This document shows, piece by piece, positions 56,791-64,000 of a DNA stretch of 64,000 nt. The stretch lies in IMG/VR virus record IMGVR_UViG_3300035695_000001, positions 50,139-114,138 of that record; one strand, written 5' to 3'. A model generated the notes under the pieces. That model made no database searches. It saw only the letters and a program-made list of their open reading frames with translations, and was not told the DNA's origin. Source of the DNA: a virus. The translations under genes and the position numbers were made by a program. Each line of letters opens with the position of its first letter. The first letter of the stretch is position 1.

Positions 56791-59700
56791 CTAAACCGCG
56801 CCCGCGTGCGGGGGGGTGGTGTCTGACAGCATGGTCAGGGCCCGCTGTTCGGCACGGGCGAAGGCTTCCTTGCCCTTGCGGCGGACGAGGTGGTCATAGA
56901 TGGCCCGGCCGAGGAAGAAGAGCATGGTTGCGAGGCCGAGGACGACGCAGGCGTAGTCGAGCCAGGTAGCGGTGGCTGGCTCGTGCCACAGGTGGCGACC
57001 GAGGGCGACGAGCATGTTGCCGGAGGCGAAGCCGGCGACGTTGTCCCGGTGGCCGACCTTCAGGCTCTTTCGGATGGCGAGGAGGTCTTCCTTGGGGGCC
57101 GTGATGAGGACGGCGCGAGAGATGTCGGTGTCGGTCACTGGTGTGGATCCTGGTGGGTGGCTCGGGCTGCTTGTTGGGCTGCTCTGAGTCGGTAGAGGGC
57201 GGTGCGGAGGGTGAGGAGGGTGGCCTTCCAGGCGGTGGTTTGGGTCTGGAGATCGGCGAGGGCTCTGTCGGCGGCGTCTCGGAGGGCTGGTGGGGGTTTG
57301 GGCAGGGGGATGGTCTCGAAGAGGTCGTAGCCTCCGATGGCGAGGTTTTTAACCTTCATCCATCGGGTGGTCATGCGGAACCCTTTGGGTCACGGGAGGA
57401 GACGCCGCAGTCGGGGCAGGAGAAGCCTCCCCCGGTGAGTTTGACGGCGCGGGGGTGGAAGACGACGAGGGTGTCTGGAGGGAGGGTGGATGTGGTGGAG
57501 CAGAGGGCCTCGTCGTGGTTGAGGAGGTCGCTGTTTTGCTTGGGGCCTTGGACGTGGATCACTGGCTGACCTCCTGGAGGGTGGCGGTGACCCTGTCGAG
57601 GAGATCCTGGGGGACGTTGCCTTGGATGAGGGCGACGACCCCAGCAGCGAGGATCTCGGAGGGGTCAGAGGAGAAGCCGTTGGGCTCACCGCGGAGGCAG
57701 AGGGCCGCGAGGAGGACAGCGTGGTCGAGGGTGCGGGGGAGGTCGTCGTCGAAGGCTCGACGGAGTTGGGAGATCCGGTCCTCGGCAGCCTTGCTGGGCT
57801 CGTGTCGAGCCTGGGGCGCGTTTGGGATGGTGGTAGGGAACGGCATGTCAGGTCTCCGTGGCGACCGGCATCCAGGTGGTGGGAGGGCGCCCGAGGTGGT
57901 CGACCAGTTCGGAGTACGAGAAGCCGCCGCGCTCGGCGAGCCTCTCCGCCGTCTGGTCTTTGCCGTAGCGCTTGGCGTAGTCGTCCCACGCCTCGACGTG
58001 CTCCGCCCACGCGATCGTTCCGCGGTGGTGCCGCGGGTCGTCGGCGGGGTGGAGCTTGCAGGCGTAGGGACCACGGGTGTAGCTCCCGCATGACTCCTTC
58101 TGGACGGGGGCGCGTCGACCGTTCGGGCCAGGGGACTGGGCCTCGGACAGGACGCGGGCACAGGTTGCGGCATCCTCTGCGGTCTTGAAGAGGAGCGAGG
58201 CGCGGATGGGGGAGTTGGGGCCGTCGTGGTAGGTCGTGACCTCGACGTAACGGCCTTGGGCGACAGCGCTCTCGACGAGGGGCCGGCTCATGGGCGGGCC
58301 TCCTGGCTCTGGCCGTGAACCGGGCACGGCTTGCCCTTACTCAGTGGACCGCGGGCCCACTCGCAGCCCCGGCAGGCTTCGCCGGAGGCAGCGGTGGGCG
58401 TCGTCCAGCGGTACCCGTCCGGCTCGACGATGACGTCCTCGGTGTCCTTGCACTCACAGTCGACGCGGCGGGTGGGGTCGACGACGAGGAAGAAGTGGCG
58501 AGCGTTGCCGGGGTGGTGGTTGTCCTCGTCGTACTTGAGGCCGGTGAAGCCGAAGGCGGTCAGGGCCTGCTTGCAGTGGGCGTCCTTGGGGCGCTTGCCC
58601 TTGAAGCAGACGGAGATGTGCCACTGGGGGCCGGAGTCTCCAGAGCCGTCGGGGAGGGTGGCTACGTCGAGAGAGGAGATGACGGAGAGGAGCCCCTTGG
58701 AGAAGGCGTAGCCGAGGCCACCAGCGGCTCGGCCGTGGGAGGTCCAGCCTGGGCCTGAAGGGGTGCGCTCGCGGGGGAGGTCGGTGTTCATCGGGAGGGC
58801 TCGTCCTGGGCTTGGCGGAGGGTGCCGGCCGGGCAATGGCAGTAGGACTCCAGCCGGTAGGGGCAGCCACGATCATCGACCTCTGGGTCGGCGTAGAGGA
58901 TGCCGCGGTCGCAGTGGTCGGGGCAGGAGGCGGCGAGGGCGGCGCACTCACCGTGCGATCGGGCTTCGGTCATGGGCGTGGCTCCACGTAGGCAGCGGTC
59001 CAGCCGCGCACGGCGGGCGTCATCGGCCGTCCGCCATCCGCTGCAACCAGCGGTCCAGCGCTTCCTGGTCGAGCCCCGCGGGGCCGGCGTGAACCATGGC
59101 CATCCTGTTGTCCAGAGCAGCCAGGACGCGGACCTCGGTGCAGCGCACGCGCGAGCCGCAGTGCTTCGCGATGGTGGTGACCAGGTTGTCGACCTGGTCC
59201 TTGACGTTGGCGCCGGCCTTGAAGGTCACTCGGAAGCCGTAGGTGCCCCGGAGCACGGGGCGCCGCTCCGCCTCCGGGATGATGGAGAAGCTCTTGGCGA
59301 TCGGGTTGGCCTCCCAGGCTCGACGGGCTTGGGCTTCTAGGTCGTTGAAGAGGTACTCGCTCACGCCCGACCTCCATTCCGAACACGGACGACGGCGTCC
59401 GCGGCTTTGGCGTGGGCAGCCTGGGCGTCCCGCTCGGCCTCCAGTGCCTTCTGGTACTTCATCCTGCCGCCGTAGCGCTCGAACCAGTAGAGCGCCGTCG
59501 TACAGGGAGGGGGAGGCGTCCAGCGCCAGACGTCCCGGCGGGCCTGGTCCAGACGCTCCCCCGCAAAACGCTCGTCGCTCAGGACCCGGTCGAGCGCTTC
59601 GCCGTAAGCGATGGCCGCCATGAGCCCAACGGGCAGCGGGGTCGTGCCCACCAGCATCATCGTGCTCCTACCTTCCTGGCCTGCTTGCGCTCGCGCCTGG

Positions 59701-60025
59701 TGAGCCTTCGCTTGCCCTTCCACTCCGGGAGGGGCTTGATCCGGGGACCTGTCCCGAGGGCATCACGGACAGCCTTGGGAGCGGGAGCGTCGAGGGTGTT
59801 GGGGGGCAGCCTGCGAGACTTGGGCTTGCGCTGGCTGAACGGGGAGGGGCCAAGGCTCACCGTCGCCACGATGCCAGACAGCGCCGCTAGCAGCCCCATC
59901 GTCTTCCTTGCCTCGGCATCACGGTCGAGGCGTCGCTCCACGGAGCGGACGGCGTCCTCGACCTCGCCGACGGAGATGCCGTTGATGGCGGCGATGCGCT
60001 GGAGGGCCTCGGAGCGAGCGTCCAT
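56791..60025 (-). CDS. Operon of about ten small coupled hypothetical genes (59657-60025, 59361-59660, 59020-59364, 58788-58973, 58288-58791, 57848-58291, 57559-57846, 57371-57562, 57135-57374, 56791-57138)
   Basis: Mostly ATGA/GTGA overlaps; includes a two-TM protein (56791) and one with the phage motif QTAERLAERGGF (57848). The first gene starts 6 nt after TGCTAGACT. Confidence 0.6.
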
Positions 60026-60030
60026 GGGCA

Positions 60031-60061
60031 GAGTCTAGCACAGTGGGCGGGTGCTAGACAG
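60031..60061. promoter_or_regulatory. TGCTAGAC inverted pair
   Basis: gagtctagca-N11-tgctagacag. Confidence 0.8.
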
Positions 60062-60076
60062 CGGCGAGCAGGAGCG

Positions 60077-61156
60077 TCAGCCCTTGGCTGTGACCTGGTC
60101 AGCCTCGTCGAGCGCTGCCTTCATCTGATCCACGTACCCGCGGAGGACCACCTTGGCCTCGGGGGAGAGCATGCGCTTGTCGGCAGCCTTGATTGGGGCC
60201 ACCACTTCGAGTGCTACGCGGGTACTCGTGATGGCGATCTCCTCGGGGTCTCTGTTCCTGTCAGAGCCGCGGGTTGCGAGCCAGTCCAGGTTCGACTGGA
60301 GGAAGGCCGCCCCGTCCACGAACGTCTGGCCCATGGGCAGCGAGAAGGCGTCCTGCGACGCCAGCACGTCGTCCCCGTTGCGGAACACAAAAACGAGGTA
60401 GTAGTCGGACTCGTCCCGCTTGGCGAAGGCTTGCTTGAGGTGCGTCTGCCGCTCCTGCGCCTTCTCCATCGCGAGCGAGAGGTTCATGGCCTGGGCGCTC
60501 GCCTTCATGGCGTCGCCGGAGGCTCCGAACATCGTGTAGAAGTCCCCCTCGCTGAAGCCGGTGGCCTTGAGCTTCACCTTGGGGCGCTTGAGCAGTTCGC
60601 CGAGAAGCGCGAAGTTCCAGCCGCCCTGGGCCATCGCGTTGTTGAGAGCGATCCCAACCTCGACGTGCTTGTCCTCGTCCAGGTCCACGACCGAGACCTG
60701 GATCTGGTAGACGTGGCCGGTCTTGCTCTCCTTGTCGAGCACCTTGAGCCGCTGGTGCCCGCTCACCATCCCGAGGGGCTTGCCGTCGGGACCGAACCGC
60801 TTGTTGAAGACGACGCTGGGTTCCACCAACCCGTTGTCGGCGACCGAGCCGCGGAGGGCAGCGAGATTGTCAACCTCGATGTAACGAGGATTTTGTTCCC
60901 ACTCGGTGATGGCCCGGCGGTCCATCCAGACCACCTCGTAGCCTCCGTCGAGTTGGTGGCGTGGGACCTCCGCCGAGCCGATGGGGAGAGCGGCCAGCCT
61001 CTCCTTGTCGGTCTTCGGCTTGGACTCCTTGGGGGCCGCGCCGTCCGCCGGAGCCTTCTTCGCTCGCGGCTTCTTGGCCGGCTTCTCGGTCTGCGTCTGG
61101 TTCTGATCCTGCGAGGCTGCCGCCGCCGCGCCGGACTCGGGTGCAACGTCGTCCAT
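60077..61156 (-). CDS. ParB-N domain protein (phage type)
   Basis: WEQNPRYI...LRGSVADNGLVEP...VSGHQRLKVL...VDLDEDKH...IALNN...QGGW...TGF. Confidence 0.88.
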   Translation of the reverse strand: MDDVAPESGAAAAASQDQNQTQTEKPAKKPRAKKAPADGAAPKESKPKTDKERLAALPIGSAEVPRHQLDGGYEVVWMDRRAITEWEQNPRYIEVDNLAALRGSVADNGLVEPSVVFNKRFGPDGKPLGMVSGHQRLKVLDKESKTGHVYQIQVSVVDLDEDKHVEVGIALNNAMAQGGWNFALLGELLKRPKVKLKATGFSEGDFYTMFGASGDAMKASAQAMNLSLAMEKAQERQTHLKQAFAKRDESDYYLVFVFRNGDDVLASQDAFSLPMGQTFVDGAAFLQSNLDWLATRGSDRNRDPEEIAITSTRVALEVVAPIKAADKRMLSPEAKVVLRGYVDQMKAALDEADQVTAKG

Positions 61157-61165
61157 GCGTGAAGG

Positions 61166-61825
61166 CTACCCGTCAACGTCAGCACTGGCCAGATGCAGCC
61201 ATGCCTTCCCGTTCACGATCTGATGGCACCGCGCCTGACAGACGCCGAACGCCTCGGCGAGCACCCTGTACGTGTCGCCAGCGGCTCGTCGCCGTCGGAT
61301 CTCGATGACCTGCTCGTCGGTCAATTTGACGTTGGGCGACCCCTCGCCTTGGTTCACGTACCCCCTACAACGGCCACGCCGCATCATGTCCGCAGTGTTG
61401 TCCGCCGCCGTGCCGAGTTTCAGGTGGGCCGGATTGACGCACGGCGGGTTGTCGCAGTGATGCAGTACCCACAGGTCCACCGGGATCGAGCCAACGAACA
61501 GTTCCCACGAAACGCAGTGGGTACCGTTCGTCTCCCCGTCGATGTCGATCTTCCCGTACCCGACGTCCTTTGAACGCCCGCGAGTCCATTGCCAGCACGG
61601 ACCAAGTTCGGGGACGATGATTGGACCATCAAAGCAGATGCCGTCGAAGAAACGGTCGAGCCACGAGCCGACCGTGCCCTTGTATGAGGCGGCCCACGAA
61701 GCCTTCGCGCACTCGTCAGAGCAGCACCTGCGCCCCTTGGTCTCCAGCGTCCTTTGGAAGTCCTTGCCGCAGTTCTTGCACTTCCGTACGCTGAGCATGT
61801 TCGACCACCCTTCTGGTTGAGCCAC
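61166..61825 (-). CDS. HNH homing endonuclease with C-terminal HTH
   Basis: CWQW...GYG...H...SWEL...VLHHCDNPPCVNPAHLKLGTAADNTADM; KLTDEQVIEIR...FGV. Confidence 0.92.
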   Translation of the reverse strand: MAQPEGWSNMLSVRKCKNCGKDFQRTLETKGRRCCSDECAKASWAASYKGTVGSWLDRFFDGICFDGPIIVPELGPCWQWTRGRSKDVGYGKIDIDGETNGTHCVSWELFVGSIPVDLWVLHHCDNPPCVNPAHLKLGTAADNTADMMRRGRCRGYVNQGEGSPNVKLTDEQVIEIRRRRAAGDTYRVLAEAFGVCQARCHQIVNGKAWLHLASADVDG

Positions 61826-61867
61826 CTGCCCGGGGCGCGCTAACGCCCGCGGGTAGGCCCTACACTA

Positions 61868-62569
61868 TCACGGTGCAGCGCTTGGAAGGCTGTAGAACCG
61901 ACGCCGCCAGACCGTGGCCCAGATGAAAGGGAAGTCCTCGGCGAGCAGCGCGAAGTCAGCCGGGTGACGACGGTGCAGCCACTCCAGCGACGGCGCGGTG
62001 AGGTCGATCCCGGTCGCGCTGTGCCCGCTGGAGTCGGGGATGGGGATCCCGTTGGCGGCCAGGAACTGGATGACGTCCACCTTCAACCACGACGCGATCG
62101 GATGGTAAATCTCGGCATACTGGACCGCCTTGAGTGTCCGGCGACGCCAAAGCGAATCGGCAGCCTTGGCCCCGGTCAGGATGACCTGGATGCCGGTACT
62201 CTCGATGGACCAGTCGTAGACGTCCCGCACCGTCAGGTCAGGGATCGCTGCGATGGCTTCAGGCGAGAGCGGTGGCCGGTACAGGTTGGCCTTGAGCATG
62301 CGAGCGAGGATCCAATGCGGAAGTTGGACGATCTCCATCCCGTGCCGGCGGCGCCCATCGTCGAGCGCCTCCTCCACACACGCGAGGCCCTTCTTCAGGT
62401 ACATGAAGACCCCGACCACCTGGTCGAACTTGCGGTGCGCGAGTGCGCAGATCGTACGACTCTCCTTGCCTCCGCTGTAGAAGCACAGCGCCCGCTTGGA
62501 GCCAGTCCTGGCCACGGCATCTGCCGCGGCTCTGTCGAGGATTTCTGTGGTCTGTTCGAGCTTGCCCAA
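61868..62569 (-). CDS. PAPS-reductase-like (PP-loop) protein
   Basis: FYSGGKES PP-loop; TGAKAADSLWRR; YHPIASW...DV. TTG start shortly after TGCTAGACT. Confidence 0.88.
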   Translation of the reverse strand: MGKLEQTTEILDRAAADAVARTGSKRALCFYSGGKESRTICALAHRKFDQVVGVFMYLKKGLACVEEALDDGRRRHGMEIVQLPHWILARMLKANLYRPPLSPEAIAAIPDLTVRDVYDWSIESTGIQVILTGAKAADSLWRRRTLKAVQYAEIYHPIASWLKVDVIQFLAANGIPIPDSSGHSATGIDLTAPSLEWLHRRHPADFALLAEDFPFIWATVWRRRFYSLPSAAP

Positions 62570-62614
62570 TGTGGGCGGAGTCTAGCACCCAGGCGTTGCA
62601 CCTGGGGCGTGAGG

Positions 62615-62845
62615 TCAGCCGGCGCCGCCGTGGTTGGAGTTGTTCCCGGTGCCGGGCCCGACGTTGCCCTTGTTGCGGTTGTTCTGCCGCTTCTTGGCCC
62701 CGGGGGTCCCGGGCTTGGGGGCGCCCTTGATGCCCAGTGGGGTCTTCGGGGTCGCCGTCCCCTTCACCGGGATGGCCCCGGGAGCCCGGAACCCGCCGGG
62801 GTTCGCCTTGCCCTTGGGCATGATCACCGCTTTCTTCGCCGCCAT
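62615..62845 (-). CDS. Small Lys/Gly/Pro-rich basic peptide ending GGAG
   Basis: Strong AAGGAG RBS; GC3-rich codons; 76 aa with no acidic residues. Confidence 0.75.
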   Translation of the reverse strand: MAAKKAVIMPKGKANPGGFRAPGAIPVKGTATPKTPLGIKGAPKPGTPGAKKRQNNRNKGNVGPGTGNNSNHGGAG

Positions 62846-62965
62846 GGTCTTTCTCCTTAGAGATCCGCCGACACAGGGCCGGCTCTTGGATGAGAGCCAA
62901 GAGTACGGCCTCGTCGAGCGGGATGGTAGGGGTGTCGAGGGGGTGGGTGCTGGTTTCTGCGGTGT

Positions 62966-63922
62966 CTAGCAGGAGGGGCTACCGGCGGGAGCGGCGGATG
63001 GCTCCACGACGGGAGGGGCGTCGTGGACCTTGGCCCAGATCCTCCCGGCCATGATGGCGCCGACCAGTGAGCCGCTGACGCCGAATCGCGCCGCGACCGC
63101 CTGCTTCTCCTCCCCAGCGCGAACCAAGGCTCGGATCTCTCGCACCTTGTCGGGGTTCAGTTTTGCGCGCGCGTCTGGGCCGATGGTGCCAGGCACCTCC
63201 AGCCAAATCTTGCCGCGCAGGATGCCCGTAATGGTCGAGTTGTGAACACCGAACGCATCCGCTACAGCGCGCCGCTTCTCACCGGCCGCCACACGCGCCC
63301 GGATGTCGCGAACCTGGTCGGCCGTCAACTTGCCGATGCCCATACGCGCACGAGCACCCTTCAAGCGCTTGCCGCACTCCACAAGTTTCGCCCGGCCCGC
63401 TGGCGTCAGCGTAGCGGCGCTGCGCGCCTTGCTCATTGCAGCACGCGCCTCCGGGGTCGACTGTCGCGCCGTCGCTGAAGCACTCATCTTGGCCCGGGTC
63501 TCTGGTGAGTGCTTGCGCCCACGCTGCGACACCTTCGACCGCTCGGCGATCTTCGCTCGCGTCTCCGGCGACTGGACGTGCCCAGGGGTCCCGTCTCCGC
63601 CGTCTGTGGCGTTGGTGAGGCGGGCGCCGAGCGCGCGGTAGTGGGCGATCCACTTCTTCTCGGCGTCCTTCCAGAGGTCCATGTCCGTGCCCGTCTCCAA
63701 TACGATCGGGACTGGCATCAGACCTGCGGCAAGGAGCGAGCGGAGCCACCTGCTCTTCCACGAGTTGTAGTCTTGGCTCTTCTTGGATCGCGCGGCGCCG
63801 CAATGGGTACGCAGACGGTTCCACGCGGTCTTCACCGTCCAGCCGACGTAGCGAACGTCGCCGGCATCGGCGAGCGGCACTGGGTCCAACAGTGCGTAGA
63901 TCGTCCAGGTCTTCGCTTCCAC
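62966..63922 (-). CDS. GIY-YIG homing endonuclease with NUMOD3 repeats and two C-terminal HTHs
   Basis: TIYALLDP...RYVGWT...RL..H...EKKWI...LTN; GRKHSPETRAKMS. Confidence 0.9.
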   Translation of the reverse strand: MEAKTWTIYALLDPVPLADAGDVRYVGWTVKTAWNRLRTHCGAARSKKSQDYNSWKSRWLRSLLAAGLMPVPIVLETGTDMDLWKDAEKKWIAHYRALGARLTNATDGGDGTPGHVQSPETRAKIAERSKVSQRGRKHSPETRAKMSASATARQSTPEARAAMSKARSAATLTPAGRAKLVECGKRLKGARARMGIGKLTADQVRDIRARVAAGEKRRAVADAFGVHNSTITGILRGKIWLEVPGTIGPDARAKLNPDKVREIRALVRAGEEKQAVAARFGVSGSLVGAIMAGRIWAKVHDAPPVVEPSAAPAGSPSC

Positions 63923-63923
63923 C

Positions 63924-64000
63924 TACTCATCCTCCATGTAGAGGTAGACCAGCCCGCCGAGCGACGGGTCCTCGTGGTTGTACCGGACCAGCGTAGCCTG
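63924..64000 (-). CDS. 3' end of a gene that starts beyond the window
   Basis: ...QATLVRYNHEDPSLGGLVYLYMEDE*. Confidence 0.5.

Noticed and set aside
61868-62569. cysH as a sulfur-assimilation auxiliary metabolic gene
   Set aside because: Lacks the C-terminal ECGLH catalytic motif; its context is ParB and packaging genes.
31469-62971. TGCTAGAC repeats as a CRISPR array
   Set aside because: Copies are 8-15 bp, dispersed, in both orientations, without regular spacers; no cas genes.

Overview
A 64-kb segment of a GC-rich, contractile-tailed (myovirus-type) phage or prophage. The host is probably a myxobacterium: the window carries four myxobacterial-style Cys-rich exported proteins and a LexA DNA-binding domain resembling myxobacterial LexA. 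Positions 1.1-30.2 kb (minus strand) hold a near-complete virion operon: portal, an effector-like locus (Dps, papain-like protein, ParB), scaffold, major capsid, head-tail proteins, sheath, tube, chaperones, tape measure, Mu-like baseplate and fibre, plus an inserted Endo VII gene. Positions 30.3-64 kb are a mosaic of small accessory genes in alternating orientation, through which the packaging genes are scattered: TerL at 36.7-38.7 kb, a likely TerS at 56 kb, and a peptide + PAPS-reductase-like + ParB module with HNH and GIY-YIG endonucleases at 60-64 kb. Main observations: (1) at least 29 copies of a TGCTAGAC(A/T) element, confined to the accessory half, often as outward-facing inverted pairs, supplying stop codons and extended -10 boxes; (2) an apparent Dps-ParB fusion split by a 743-bp insert encoding a Cys-His-Asp enzyme; (3) a second major-capsid paralog; (4) a tandem lipoprotein array with conserved junctions; (5) a truncated LexA lacking its peptidase domain; (6) a ~100-aa module shared by the tail sheath and a head-region protein. 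I saw no integrase, replicase, lysin, tRNA, CRISPR array or reverse transcriptase. All calls come from reading motifs by eye; no database searches were run.
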